DNA from: an uncultured beta proteobacterium
GTDB lineage: Bacteria > Pseudomonadota > Gammaproteobacteria > Burkholderiales > SG8-41
Assembly (NCBI GenBank): GCA_903889565.1
Contig: CAISYC010000048.1
Span: 1,680-65,679, forward strand
Direction of reading: 5' to 3'
Length of the DNA stretch: 64,000 nt
The notes beneath the pieces were generated by a model, which searched no databases, had not been told where the DNA came from, and saw nothing but the letters and a program-made list of their open reading frames with translations. Made by a program: the position numbers and the translations under genes. The stretch's first letter is position 1; every line of letters starts with the position of its first letter. This document shows positions 1 to 9,724 of the stretch, one piece after another.

Positions 1-5
1 TTTTT

Positions 6-146
6 ATGAAAAACGTAAGCAATACCTTCGGATTGATTGCGATAATTTTTGGTATTTTCACTCCGGTTGCGCTGCTATTCATTGCCTTTGGACGCCAAGA
101 GGAAAAACGTGCTCTTCGGAAAAAGGATGATGCGCTACCGCGGTAG
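6..146 (+). CDS. hypothetical 46-aa single-pass membrane peptide (below ORF-track size cutoff)
   Basis: Read by eye: ATG at 6 to TAG at 144-146 gives MKNVSNTFGLIAIIFGIFTPVALLFIAFGRQEEKRALRKKDDALPR, a hydrophobic helix followed by a charged tail. The frame stays open to position 1, so this may be the 3' end of a longer gene. It lies in an AT-rich edge unlike the rest of the window. Confidence 0.25.
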   Translation: MKNVSNTFGLIAIIFGIFTPVALLFIAFGRQEEKRALRKKDDALPR

Positions 147-245
147 ATATACACCCGAAGAAAATTTTGCCTTGCGATTCCGTTGACTCTTTTTCCAATG
201 AATTACATGAATTAGAAAACATTGACACCAACGAGCCGTAATTCA

Positions 246-264
246 AAGCGGCGAGATGCCGCTT
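246..264. terminator. GC hairpin, possible bidirectional terminator between the small + ORF and acr3
   Basis: aagcggc-gagat-gccgctt forms a perfect 7-bp stem with a 5-nt loop. The flanks are A-rich on the 5' side and T-rich on the 3' side. It lies about 75 nt beyond the acr3 stop on the minus strand. Confidence 0.3.
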
Positions 265-336
265 ATTGATTGGATAATTACGCTGGTCCCATTTACCCTG
301 TGAGCCGCTGATGCGACTGCCAAAGATTGTAGCGGC

Positions 337-1404
337 CTAACCACCCGGCGTGTCGTACCAATGACGCGTGCGATTGACAATCGCCACCACCGACAGCATG
401 ACCGGCACCTCGATCAGCACGCCAACCACGGTCGCCAGGGCGGCGCCCGATTCGAAACCAAACAGGCTGATCGCCGCGGCGACCGCCAGCTCGAAAAAAT
501 TACTGGCGCCGATTAGCGCTGACGGACAGGCCACATTGTGCGCGACGCCGCAGCGGCGGTTCAACCAGTAGGCCAGCGCCGAATTGAAATACACCTGAAT
601 CAGGATCGGCACCGCCAGCATCGCAATCACCAGCGGCTGCTTGATGATGGCATCACCCTGAAAACCGAATAGCAGCACCAGCGTCGCCAACAGGGCCAGC
701 AGCGACAGCGGATGCAGCGCTTCTAGCGTGCGCTCAAGCGCTACGTTGCCGCCACCCGCCAGCAACAGGCGTCGCCAGATCTGCGCGATCACGACCGGCA
801 CCACGATATAGAGCACCACCGAGATCAACAAGGTATTCCATGGCACCGTAATCGATGCCAGACCCAGCAGCAAAGCAACGATCGGCCCGAAGGCAAACAC
901 CATGATGACATCGTTCAACGCGACCTGGCTGAGGGTAAAGTATGGGTCACCACCCGATAATCGGCTCCAGACGAACACCATCGCGGTGCACGGCGCTGCG
1001 GCGAGCAATATCAAGCCGGCAAAATAGCTGTCGATCTGCGCCGCCGGCAGATAAGGTGCAAACAGGTGGCGGATAAAAATCCAGCCCAGCAACGCCATCG
1101 AAAACGGTTTCACCGCCCAGTTGATGAACAGCGTAACGGCGATGCCGCGCCATTGCGCGCGCACCTGCGATAGCGCGCCGAAATCGATTTTCAGCAGCAT
1201 CGGAATGATCATGATCCAGATCAACGCGCCGACCGGCAGGTTGACGCGGGCGATCTCGATGCCGCCGATCGCTTGAAACACCGTCGGCAGCCACTGACCG
1301 AGCACGACACCGGCGATAATGCACAGAAACACCCACAGCGTCAGCCAGCGCTCGAATAAACCCATCGCCGGCGGCGCTTCGTTTCGCACGGCTGCTGTCG
1401 TCAT
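337..1404 (-). CDS. acr3: arsenite efflux transporter, ACR3 family
   Basis: 355-aa polytopic membrane protein. The N-terminus (GLFERWLTLWVFLCI) and the C-terminal GASNFFELAVAAAISLFG region are typical of ACR3. Its start overlaps the arsC stop by 4 nt (ATGA), and it is the last gene of an arsR-arsC-acr3 operon. Confidence 0.9.
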   Translation of the reverse strand: MTTAAVRNEAPPAMGLFERWLTLWVFLCIIAGVVLGQWLPTVFQAIGGIEIARVNLPVGALIWIMIIPMLLKIDFGALSQVRAQWRGIAVTLFINWAVKPFSMALLGWIFIRHLFAPYLPAAQIDSYFAGLILLAAAPCTAMVFVWSRLSGGDPYFTLSQVALNDVIMVFAFGPIVALLLGLASITVPWNTLLISVVLYIVVPVVIAQIWRRLLLAGGGNVALERTLEALHPLSLLALLATLVLLFGFQGDAIIKQPLVIAMLAVPILIQVYFNSALAYWLNRRCGVAHNVACPSALIGASNFFELAVAAAISLFGFESGAALATVVGVLIEVPVMLSVVAIVNRTRHWYDTPGG

Positions 1405-1904
1405 GACTTGCCGATCTCGTCGAGTTTCTTCTTGATACTGAGACGGTCAAGTTTATCGATAGGCAGGCTCGCGAACAGCCCGATACGAAGCGCAAGAATC
1501 CGGTAAGTATCGGCAAATGCGCGGCGCTTCTGCTCGTCGTCGCCTTCCACATTGGATGGATCCGGCACGCCCCAGTGCGCCGTCATGGGTTGCCCCGGCC
1601 ATACCGGACAGACTTCGTTCGCCGCGTTGTCGCACACGGTGAACACGAAATCGAGTTGCGGCGCTCCGGGCAGGGTAAATTCGTTCCAATCCTTGCTGCG
1701 GATGCCCTCGATCGGCAGCCCTGCGCGCTGGATCTGATCGAGCGCAAACGGATTCGGGCGGCCCGATGGATGGCTGCCCGCACTATAGCCCTTGAACCGG
1801 CCGCGACTTACAGCAAGGTTGTTCATGCAGGCTTCAGCCATCAGGCTGCGCGCCGAATTGTGCGTGCACAAAAAGAGCACGTTATAGGGTCTTTCGGTAT
1901 TCAT
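1401..1904 (-). CDS. arsC: arsenate reductase, LMW-PTP / thioredoxin-coupled type
   Basis: Contains the C-X5-R P-loop CTHNSARS (Cys13) plus a downstream Cys pair in CDNAANEVCP (Cys90/Cys98), as in the pI258-type ArsC family. It sits between arsR and acr3. Confidence 0.9.
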   Translation of the reverse strand: MNTERPYNVLFLCTHNSARSLMAEACMNNLAVSRGRFKGYSAGSHPSGRPNPFALDQIQRAGLPIEGIRSKDWNEFTLPGAPQLDFVFTVCDNAANEVCPVWPGQPMTAHWGVPDPSNVEGDDEQKRRAFADTYRILALRIGLFASLPIDKLDRLSIKKKLDEIGKS

Positions 1905-1920
1905 AGTGATCCTTCCTTGA

Positions 1921-2265
1921 CTAAACTTTGGCCCGCGTTGCGCGCGTTGCCGGTTTGCATACGATTGCCGGTGTGCAGGGATTACCCCCGCAGCAATTCG
2001 CGGTGAGGAAGCTCACCAACTCGTTCATGCGATCGAAGCGCGCCGAATAATAAATAAAGCGGCTCTCGGTGCGCGCAGCGAGCAGGCCTGACGCACTCAG
2101 CTCCTTGAGATGGAAGGACAGCGTCGCCGGCAGAATGTCGAGTGCCTCTGCAATTTTGCCGGCAGTGAGCCCCTGCGGGCCGTGCTCGATCAGCAGGCGA
2201 AAGATCGACAGACGCGTTTCCTGCGCCAGCGCGCCGAGGGCTTTGACCGCATCGTTTGTTTTCAT
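1921..2265 (-). CDS. arsR: ArsR/SmtB family metalloregulator with C-terminal Cys cluster
   Basis: Winged-HTH core (ETRLSIFRLLIEHGPQGLTAGKIAEALDILPATLSFHLKEL). The canonical ELCVCDL site is replaced by ELSASGL, and cysteines cluster at the C-terminus (NCCGGNPCTPAIVC). It is the first gene of the ars operon. Confidence 0.9.
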   Translation of the reverse strand: MKTNDAVKALGALAQETRLSIFRLLIEHGPQGLTAGKIAEALDILPATLSFHLKELSASGLLAARTESRFIYYSARFDRMNELVSFLTANCCGGNPCTPAIVCKPATRATRAKV

Positions 2266-2324
2266 ATTTCGAATAATATCAAAATAATGTTACAACGAAA
2301 AGACACGCCCACCTGAAGCGGTGT

Positions 2325-3731
2325 TTATCCTGCCGTTTGGATCGCGGCCGTGCGCTGCAGCAGCTTCAGCATGGCGTCGGCCTTGTCGAAGGTTTCCTGG
2401 TATTCCTCATCGAGCTGCGAATCGGCGACAATGCCGCCGCCGGCCCAGAAGCGCACGCTGCCGCCGGCACAGACCAGCGTACGGATCGCGATGTTGAGAT
2501 CCATGTTGCCGTCGAAGCCGATGTAACCGATGGCGCCGCAATACACGCCGCGGCGCTGCGGCTCCAGTTCCTCGATGATCTGCATCGCGCGATGTTTGGG
2601 TGCGCCGGTGATCGAGCCGCCGGGAAAGCAGCCGCGCAAGAGGTCAAGCGCATCGCGATCGCGGCGCAGCCTGCCGGTCACCGTGCTCACCAGATGATGC
2701 ACGGTGGCGAAGCTCTCGACCTCGAACAACCGCGGCACTTTCACCGAACCCGTTTCGCAAGTCTTCGACAGATCGTTGCGCAGGAGGTCGACGATCATCA
2801 CGTTTTCCGCGCGATCCTTGGCGCTGGCCTGCAGTTCGGCGACGCGCTCGGCATCGAGCCGCGGATGACCGGCACGCGGCCGCGTGCCCTTGATCGGTTT
2901 GGTTTCGACCGCGCCGTCGCGCACTTTCAGAAAACGCTCGGGCGACGCCGACAGCACGCTGCCGTACGGCGTGCGCAGATAGGCCGCATACGGCGCCGGA
3001 TTCAGTATGCGCAGCGACTGATAAGCCGACCAGGGGTCGCCCGCCGCGGGCGCCGCGAAACGCTGCGCCAGATTGATCTGATAGCAGTCGCCGGCCCGAA
3101 TGAAATCGATCACGCGCCGGAACTTGCGCGCATAGGACTCGCGCGTAAGATTCGAACTCAACGGCCCGGTAATGCGAAACGGCTGACGTGCGCGTTCGGT
3201 AGCCGGCACACTGAATTGCGCGACGAGCCGGTCCCATTTCCAGTCGGTCTCGGGGTCGCGGCCCTGCGCCACCAGCCAAGTCCGCTGCTCATGATGATCG
3301 ACCACCACCGCCCAGTCGTAGAGACCGACCGCCATCTCCGGCATTTTCTCGTCATTACGCGCATGTACCGGCAAGGCATCGAAGCGGCGCCCGAGATCGT
3401 ACGAAAAATAACCCAGCGCGCCGCCGCAAAACGGCAGCTCGCAGCCGGCCGCCGCATCGAAGGCAAGATGCCGGCGCAGCAGCACCAGCGGATCTTCGCG
3501 CGAGAGTTCCGCGTCCTCGCCGCGCACCTCGGTCAGATTGCCGCGCGTCACCAGCGTGACGTATGGCTCGGCGGCGATGATGTCGTAGCGCGACTGCGTC
3601 AGGTGATGCCTGCCGCTGTCGAGGAACACCGCCCACGGCCGGTCGGCGACCGCCTCGAACAAGGCGGCGCTGTCTTCGAGATAAGGCAGCTCGGTGCGTA
3701 ACAAGGCGGTCATGTGGTGCGTATTCTGCAA
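2325..3731 (-). CDS. pabB: aminodeoxychorismate synthase component I
   Basis: 468 aa, collinear by memory with E. coli PabB. Shared motifs include PWAVFLDSG, GDCYQINLAQRF, SPERFL, PIKGTRPR, SAKDRAENVMIVDLLRND, FPGGSITGAPK and GGGIVADS. Confidence 0.9.
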   Translation of the reverse strand: MQNTHHMTALLRTELPYLEDSAALFEAVADRPWAVFLDSGRHHLTQSRYDIIAAEPYVTLVTRGNLTEVRGEDAELSREDPLVLLRRHLAFDAAAGCELPFCGGALGYFSYDLGRRFDALPVHARNDEKMPEMAVGLYDWAVVVDHHEQRTWLVAQGRDPETDWKWDRLVAQFSVPATERARQPFRITGPLSSNLTRESYARKFRRVIDFIRAGDCYQINLAQRFAAPAAGDPWSAYQSLRILNPAPYAAYLRTPYGSVLSASPERFLKVRDGAVETKPIKGTRPRAGHPRLDAERVAELQASAKDRAENVMIVDLLRNDLSKTCETGSVKVPRLFEVESFATVHHLVSTVTGRLRRDRDALDLLRGCFPGGSITGAPKHRAMQIIEELEPQRRGVYCGAIGYIGFDGNMDLNIAIRTLVCAGGSVRFWAGGGIVADSQLDEEYQETFDKADAMLKLLQRTAAIQTAG

Positions 3732-3770
3732 TACGGCGCCCTACCACGCCACCGGCGGTTGCGCATCTTC

Positions 3771-4238
3771 TTAGAAAGAGGATCCCGGCTGCGACAGAAA
3801 CTCGATTTCTTCCGGCGTCGAAACGCGGCCAAGGATTTCATTGCGGTGCGGAAAGCGCCCGAAGCGCGCGATCACCGCCTGATGCCGGCGCGCGTAATCG
3901 ATCACGTCGCCGAGTTCCGGCGCAGCGGCGATGCGGTCGAACAGCTCAAGTGCGCGCGCCTGCATCGCCGCATCCTCGGCATGTTCGAACGGCAGATAGA
4001 CGAACATGCGCTCGACCGGCGACAAGCCTTGATCCCAGCCCGCTGCAACCATGCGCTGCGCCGCGGCCAGCGCCCGCGCATCGGTGGCGAATGCGCGCGC
4101 ATTACCGCGAAACATGTTGCGTGGAAACTGGTCGAGCACGACGATCAAGGCGAGCAGACTGCGCGGTTCCATCTCCCATGACGTCAGATCGCCGGCGGCA
4201 GCCCGTTCGACCGTCGCGAGAAACCGCTCGCGCACCAT
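3771..4238 (-). CDS. DUF924 family protein (true start probably upstream of the first ATG)
   Basis: DQFPRNMFRG and FPHRN motifs are typical of DUF924. The in-frame sequence upstream of ATG 4238 reads [35 protein letters not shown], which matches the family's usual N-terminus. That stretch contains no ATG, GTG or TTG. Confidence 0.75.
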   Translation of the reverse strand: MVRERFLATVERAAAGDLTSWEMEPRSLLALIVVLDQFPRNMFRGNARAFATDARALAAAQRMVAAGWDQGLSPVERMFVYLPFEHAEDAAMQARALELFDRIAAAPELGDVIDYARRHQAVIARFGRFPHRNEILGRVSTPEEIEFLSQPGSSF

Positions 4239-4342
4239 GGCATCGAAGGCGTCCGATTTGCGAAACCATTCGGAGCGCCGGCAACCGTGCGCCGGCGAAC
4301 CGGCTGCGCCGAACCAGAAATCGAGGACGTCCTTTGCAGTCG

Positions 4343-5452
4343 TCAGAACACCACCACACTGCGGATAGCCTCGCCCGAGTGCATCAGATCGAAGCCCTTG
4401 TTGATATCGTCGAGCGCGAGCTTGTGCGTGATCAGATCATCGATGTTGATCTTGCCGTCCATGTACCAATCGACGATTTTCGGCACATCGCGGCGGCCCT
4501 TGGCGCCGCCGAACGCGGTGCCCTTCCATACGCGGCCCGTCACCAGTTGGAACGGCCGCGTCTTGATCTCCTGCCCCGCGCCCGCCACCCCGATGATCAC
4601 CGACACGCCCCAGCCCTTGTGACAGCACTCCAGCGCCTGCCGCATCACCTCGACGTTGCCGATGCATTCGAAGCTGTAATCGGCGCCGCCCTTGGTCAGG
4701 TTGACCAGATAAGCAACCAGATCGCCGCCCGCCTCTTTCGGATTGACGAAATGGGTCATGCCGAATTTTTCGGCGAGCGCCTTGCGCGCCGGATTGAGAT
4801 CGACACCGACAATCATGTTCGCCCCCGCCATCCGCGCGCCCTGAATCACGTTAAGCCCGATACCACCCAACCCGAACACCACCACGTTCGCGCCCGGCTC
4901 GACTTTCGCGGTGTTGATCACCGCGCCGATTCCGGTGGTGACGCCGCAGCCTATGTAGCAGACCTTGTCGAAGGGCGCGTCCTCGCGGATTTTTGCCAGC
5001 GCGATCTCGGGCACCACCGTGTAGTTCGAAAACGTCGAGGTGCCCATGTAATGAAAAATCTTTTTGCCGCCAATCGAAAAGCGGCTCGAGCCGTCGGGCA
5101 TCACGCCCTGCCCCTGCGTCGTGCGGATCGCCTGACAGAGGTTGGTCTTGCCGGAGAGGCAGTATTCGCACTGGCGGCATTCCGGCGTGTAAAGCGGAAT
5201 GACGTGATCGCCCTTCTTGAGACTGGTGACGCCGGCGCCGATATCGACCACTACACCCGCGCCCTCGTGACCGAGAATCGCCGGAAACAGGCCTTCAGGG
5301 TCGGCGCCCGAACGCGTGAATTCATCGGTATGGCAAATGCCGGTCGCCTTGATTTCGACCAGCACCTCGCCGGCCTTCGGACCTTCAAGATCAACCGTGT
5401 CGATCACCAGCGGCGCGCCGGCCTTGTGTGCGATTGCGGCTTTGACTTTCAT
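4343..5452 (-). CDS. adhC: S-(hydroxymethyl)glutathione dehydrogenase / class III alcohol dehydrogenase
   Basis: 369 aa. Contains the zinc-ADH motifs GICHTDEF and GHEGAGVV, the structural-zinc Cys cluster [15 protein letters not shown], and the Rossmann motif VFGLGGIGL. Confidence 0.9.
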   Translation of the reverse strand: MKVKAAIAHKAGAPLVIDTVDLEGPKAGEVLVEIKATGICHTDEFTRSGADPEGLFPAILGHEGAGVVVDIGAGVTSLKKGDHVIPLYTPECRQCEYCLSGKTNLCQAIRTTQGQGVMPDGSSRFSIGGKKIFHYMGTSTFSNYTVVPEIALAKIREDAPFDKVCYIGCGVTTGIGAVINTAKVEPGANVVVFGLGGIGLNVIQGARMAGANMIVGVDLNPARKALAEKFGMTHFVNPKEAGGDLVAYLVNLTKGGADYSFECIGNVEVMRQALECCHKGWGVSVIIGVAGAGQEIKTRPFQLVTGRVWKGTAFGGAKGRRDVPKIVDWYMDGKINIDDLITHKLALDDINKGFDLMHSGEAIRSVVVF

Positions 5453-5481
5453 TGCTGCTCCATCGTGATAATTTGAAGGCG

Positions 5482-6423
5482 ATGGCTATACTATCAAATA
5501 TGACTTCCACGCATTTCACCGCGCCGCTGTCTGCGCATTCGCCTGAATACCGCGGCCGCTTTGCCCCATCACCGACCGGTCCGCTGCACTTCGGCTCGCT
5601 GATCGCGGCGGTCGCGAGTTACGCCGACGCGCGCCATCACGGCGGCGCATGGCTGCTGCGCATCGAGGATGTCGATACGCCGCGCTGTGTGAACGGCGCC
5701 ACCGAAGAGATATTGCGCACGCTCGCCGCCTGCGGCATGCAGATCGACGGCAAAGTTATTTATCAAAGCCGCCGCAACGATGCCTATCATGCGGCGCTCG
5801 ATCGATTGCGCCGGCAACAACAGGTCTATGCCTGCGCCTGCAGCCGGCGCGAAATTGCCGACTCCGGATTGCGCGGCATCGAAGGCCCGGTCTATCCGGG
5901 CACCTGCCGCGACGGTATCGGCGACAAGGCCGCGCGCGCCTGGCGCATCGATACGCGCGGCGCCGTGATTGCGCTTGATGACGCCGTGCAGGGACGTATC
6001 ACGCAAAATATCGAACACGACATCGGCGACTTCGTGCTTTATCGCGCCGATCAGATATATGCCTACCAGCTCGCCGTGGTCGTCGATGACGCCGAGCAGG
6101 GGATTACGGACGTCGTGCGCGGCGCCGATCTGCTCGACTCAACACCGCGGCAGATCTATCTGCAGCAGCAGCTTGGCCTGCCGACGCCGCGTTATCTGCA
6201 CGTCCCGGTCGCCGTCAATGCCGCCGGCGAAAAACTGAGCAAGCAGACGCGCGCTCAAGCCGTCGATGCGCAACACACCTTGCCGGCGCTGACGGCAGCA
6301 CTGGGTTTTCTTGGCCAGCAGCCGCCGGCTTTTGCCTCGGTCTCCGAGCTGTGGACCTGGGCCATTGCGCACTGGAATCGCGGTCGCATTCCAAAGACGC
6401 GTGCGCTGCCCGCTGCGGCATAA
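5482..6423 (+). CDS. gluQ: tRNA glutamyl-Q(34) synthetase
   Basis: [14 protein letters not shown] (HIGH-like), RIEDVD and KLSKQ (KMSKS-like) motifs, with the truncated GluRS architecture lacking an anticodon-binding domain. The start is uncertain: TTG 5452, ATG 5482 and ATG 5500 are all in frame. Confidence 0.85.
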   Translation: MAILSNMTSTHFTAPLSAHSPEYRGRFAPSPTGPLHFGSLIAAVASYADARHHGGAWLLRIEDVDTPRCVNGATEEILRTLAACGMQIDGKVIYQSRRNDAYHAALDRLRRQQQVYACACSRREIADSGLRGIEGPVYPGTCRDGIGDKAARAWRIDTRGAVIALDDAVQGRITQNIEHDIGDFVLYRADQIYAYQLAVVVDDAEQGITDVVRGADLLDSTPRQIYLQQQLGLPTPRYLHVPVAVNAAGEKLSKQTRAQAVDAQHTLPALTAALGFLGQQPPAFASVSELWTWAIAHWNRGRIPKTRALPAAA

Positions 6424-6430
6424 TGCCGCC

Positions 6431-7570
6431 ATGGAAATCGACGCCGCCGAACATCCGGAACTGACCTTCGCGCGGCGACTCCATGCGGCGACGCCGCGCG
6501 TCATGGTAACGCCGGCGCTGATCGCGCTCAATGTGATTGTCTTCATCGTCATGCTGGCGATGGGCGTGGGCATTTTCGGCGGGCACGCCGACGACTACCT
6601 CAAATTCGGCGCCAACTTTGGTCCGCTCACCACCGGCGGAGAATGGTGGCGCCTTGTTACCTGCACATTCGTCCACGCCGGCATTTTGCATCTCGCCTTC
6701 AACATGTGGGCCTTGTGGGACAGCGGATATCTGACCGAGCGCCTGTTCGGCAATGCGTGGTTCGCCGCCATCTACCTGTTCGCGGGAGTTGCCGGCAGCT
6801 TCGCCAGCATGTTGTGGCACGCCGAGACCATCAGCGTCGGCGCCTCAGGCGCCATTTTCGGCGTATTCGGCGCGCTGCTCGCCTATACCATCCGCCAGCA
6901 CCGCTCGATTCCGCCGGAAATCACCAACCGTCTGCGCATCAGCACCTCGATTTTCGTAACCTATTCGCTGTTCTACGGCTTTGCCGCCTCGGGCATCGAT
7001 AACGCCGCACACTTTGGCGGCCTCGCCGGCGGCTTGATCATGGGCTGCATCGCCGCACGCCCGCTGGAAGCGAATGCGCGCGCGGCCGGTCACCTCAAGC
7101 GCATTGCCCTGGCGCTGCTGATTGCCGCCATCGCGCTGCCGTTGGCGGCGCACTTCGTGCCCGATTCGTCGCGCGTCTACCGCGAAGCCATGGCGCTAGA
7201 AAAAGCGGTGAAAGTATTTGCCGACGAAGACCGCCGGCTCGCCGGCATGTATGACGAAGTGGTGCGGCGCGCGCGCGACGGCCGGCTCGACGACCGTCTG
7301 GCCGCCAGCGAACTGCGCAACACCCTGCTGCCGGCATGGGACCGCGCGATTGCCGGGCTGAGCGGCGTGGAGATCGATGCCGCGGCGCCGCTGCGCAAGG
7401 ATTATGAATTATTGTTGCGCTATGCCAATGCCCGGCGCGAGATGAGCGCGGCGCTGGCGGACTTTCTCGACGCCGCCACGCCGTCCAACCGCGACCGGTT
7501 CAGCGAAAAACGTCTCGAAGCCGAAACCGCGTTGAAGGAATACAGCGCGCGACAGTCGCACAAAGACTAA
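6431..7570 (+). CDS. rhomboid family intramembrane serine protease with C-terminal soluble extension
   Basis: GEWWRL, HAGILHLAFNMWAL (H..N), the catalytic GASGAIFG and AAHFGGLAGG motifs are present. A helical tail of about 140 aa follows the last TM. I chose ATG 6431 because the longer track ORF overlaps gluQ. Confidence 0.8.
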   Translation: MEIDAAEHPELTFARRLHAATPRVMVTPALIALNVIVFIVMLAMGVGIFGGHADDYLKFGANFGPLTTGGEWWRLVTCTFVHAGILHLAFNMWALWDSGYLTERLFGNAWFAAIYLFAGVAGSFASMLWHAETISVGASGAIFGVFGALLAYTIRQHRSIPPEITNRLRISTSIFVTYSLFYGFAASGIDNAAHFGGLAGGLIMGCIAARPLEANARAAGHLKRIALALLIAAIALPLAAHFVPDSSRVYREAMALEKAVKVFADEDRRLAGMYDEVVRRARDGRLDDRLAASELRNTLLPAWDRAIAGLSGVEIDAAAPLRKDYELLLRYANARREMSAALADFLDAATPSNRDRFSEKRLEAETALKEYSARQSHKD

Positions 7571-8421
7571 CGCGCCGCCAGCACCGGCATGCGCGCGCGT
7601 TCGGCATCGGCGATCCGCGCAAGTATCGACGGCACCGCGGCGCGACCGGCGGCCTCGCCGGCGGCGATGCTTTCGAGTTTCGCCGAGAAATCAAGCGAGC
7701 GCGTGCGCGGTGTAGCGGGACGGATTGCCACGTCGGCCTGCTCAACTTCGCTGCTGCCGCGCCACGACACATCGACCGCGATCACCACATCGGCGCCCAT
7801 GCGCCGCGCCACCGCCACCGGCACGCGGCTGGTGAGTCCGCCATCGACATATTCGGTGCCCGCGATCAGCACCGGCCAGAACAGGTCGGGAATGCTGGCC
7901 GAAGCGCGCACCGCCAGCCCCACATTGCCGCGATTGAACACCGTCATTTGTTTATCGGCGCGCGTGGTCGCCACCACCGCGAAGGGCCGCGCCAGCTGCT
8001 CGATCGAACGATTGCCGAGCACGCGGTTGACATAGTTTTGCAATGCCTCGCCCTGCACCCGCCCCGGTCCGAACAACGTCGGGTCAATCAGATCGCGATC
8101 GGCGACTTCGAGCGCAAGCTTCTCCAGTTGCGCGGCATCGTTGCCGCCCGCATACAGAGCCGCTACCACGGCGCCGGCGCTGCTGCCGACCACGATGTCC
8201 ACCCGCACGCCAGCCTCCTTCAGCGCCTTGATCACGCCGATATGCGCGAAGCCGCGCGAACCGCCCGCACCGAGCACCAGCGCGACCAGCGGACGCTCCG
8301 CCCGAAGCGGTTCGATCGTCTCTGCACGCGGCGGCGCCAGTTCCGGATACTCGCGCGGCGTAAGCGCGCAGCCCGCTAACAAGAGTGCGGCAAGGATACT
8401 TGTAAGCGCTGTTTTGATCAT
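7567..8421 (-). CDS. patatin-like phospholipase, lipoprotein
   Basis: Lipobox LLLAGC follows MIKTALTSILAA. Patatin motifs GAGGSRG, GSSAG (GxSxG) and DGG are present. The ORF was trimmed from the track start (8574) to ATG 8421. Confidence 0.85.
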   Translation of the reverse strand: MIKTALTSILAALLLAGCALTPREYPELAPPRAETIEPLRAERPLVALVLGAGGSRGFAHIGVIKALKEAGVRVDIVVGSSAGAVVAALYAGGNDAAQLEKLALEVADRDLIDPTLFGPGRVQGEALQNYVNRVLGNRSIEQLARPFAVVATTRADKQMTVFNRGNVGLAVRASASIPDLFWPVLIAGTEYVDGGLTSRVPVAVARRMGADVVIAVDVSWRGSSEVEQADVAIRPATPRTRSLDFSAKLESIAAGEAAGRAAVPSILARIADAERARMPVLAAR

Positions 8422-8632
8422 TTCAATTCGTTTCGGACTTCGCAACGGCAGCCAATCCACAGTAACGGTCACCCGGTGCGCGATGATACTGCACAACGTA
8501 CGGAATCTATTGCTGCGAATAGTTTCAGGGTTTTGCACCGCAACGGATAAACATGGACAATTCGGGTTGCGCAAAACGGCTTGAACCGATCCGCGCCGTT
8601 TGCCATCGCCCAGGCCTCAGGAGTCAATCAGA

Positions 8633-9700
8633 ATGAATGGCACAGCAATCCATGTCGGCATCATCGGCCTCGGCCGCTGGGCCAAGGTTTTAACGCGCGC
8701 CGCCAAACAATCCGACCGGATCAAAATCGTCGCCGCCTTCAGCCGTTCCGAAGAAAAACGCAACGCCTTCGCACAGGAATTCGGCGTGCCGGCGGTGGCC
8801 AGCATGGAAGCCATGCTCGCCGACCCGGCTATTCAGGGCTGCATCCTGACGGTGCCGAACGAACAGCATCTGCCGGTCGCGCTGGAAGTTGCCAAGGCGA
8901 AAAAACACATCTACACCGAGAAGCCGATCGCCAACACGCTGGAGAACGGTCTCAGAATCGCCGCGCTCGAAAAAGAATACGGCGTCTCCGTCACCGTCGG
9001 CCACAGCGCGCGCCTGATGGCGGGCCTGCGCGAAATCAAAAAACGCATCGATGCCGGCGAACTCGGCCGCGTCGCCTTTATCGAAGCCAACTTCTCAAAC
9101 GAGCGCGCGCTCGAACTCACGCCTTCGACCTGGCGCTGGTACAAGGACAAGGCGCCCGGCGGCCCGCTGTCGCAACTGGCGATCCACCAGTTCGACGTCG
9201 TGCATTACCTTGGCGGCGAAATCGCCGAAGTCAGCGCGATGTCGTCGAAGCTCTCACCGGTCGGCGCCGAAGTCGATGACCAGTCGATGACGCTCCTGAA
9301 ATTCACCGACGGCAAGATCGCCTACGTCGGCGCCTGCTGGACCTCGCCCGGCATCTACTCGGTGCGCGTGTTCGGCTCGAAGGGACTCATGCATTTCGAA
9401 ATCGATTTCGGCACCTGGGACACGCCGGACAAGATCCACGAATCGGCGATTCTCTACATCCAGCGCGGCAAGGACGGCTACGCCAAACGCGAAGAGCTGA
9501 CCATCGCGAAGAGCGACATGTTTCGCGCCGAACTTGAAATGTTCGCCGACAGCATTGCCGCCAACAAGCCGGCCGAGCTGTCGGCCGACAACGGCAATGT
9601 CGCGCTCGCCGTCGTTTATGCCGCGCTGCGCTCGCTGGAGCAGAACGGCCAGGCGGTTAAGATCGCTGATATCATCGCCGAACATAAATCGCGCATTTAG
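8633..9700 (+). CDS. Gfo/Idh/MocA family oxidoreductase
   Basis: N-terminal Rossmann motif VGIIGLGRWAK and the family-typical EKP motif. An AGGAG Shine-Dalgarno precedes ATG 8633. Confidence 0.85.
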   Translation: MNGTAIHVGIIGLGRWAKVLTRAAKQSDRIKIVAAFSRSEEKRNAFAQEFGVPAVASMEAMLADPAIQGCILTVPNEQHLPVALEVAKAKKHIYTEKPIANTLENGLRIAALEKEYGVSVTVGHSARLMAGLREIKKRIDAGELGRVAFIEANFSNERALELTPSTWRWYKDKAPGGPLSQLAIHQFDVVHYLGGEIAEVSAMSSKLSPVGAEVDDQSMTLLKFTDGKIAYVGACWTSPGIYSVRVFGSKGLMHFEIDFGTWDTPDKIHESAILYIQRGKDGYAKREELTIAKSDMFRAELEMFADSIAANKPAELSADNGNVALAVVYAALRSLEQNGQAVKIADIIAEHKSRI

Positions 9701-9724
9701 ATACCGAACTGAGCCGGAGAACAC

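Noticed and set aside
2264-2279. Possible ArsR operator palindrome around TTCGAA upstream of arsR
   Set aside because: Only the central 6 bp are truly palindromic and the flanks match at 2 of 4 positions. I cannot distinguish it from chance in an AT-rich promoter.
2337-5476. Long + strand ORFs 2337-3701 (454 aa) and 3950-5476 (508 aa)
   Set aside because: Antisense to pabB and to DUF924/adhC respectively, and Arg-rich low complexity.
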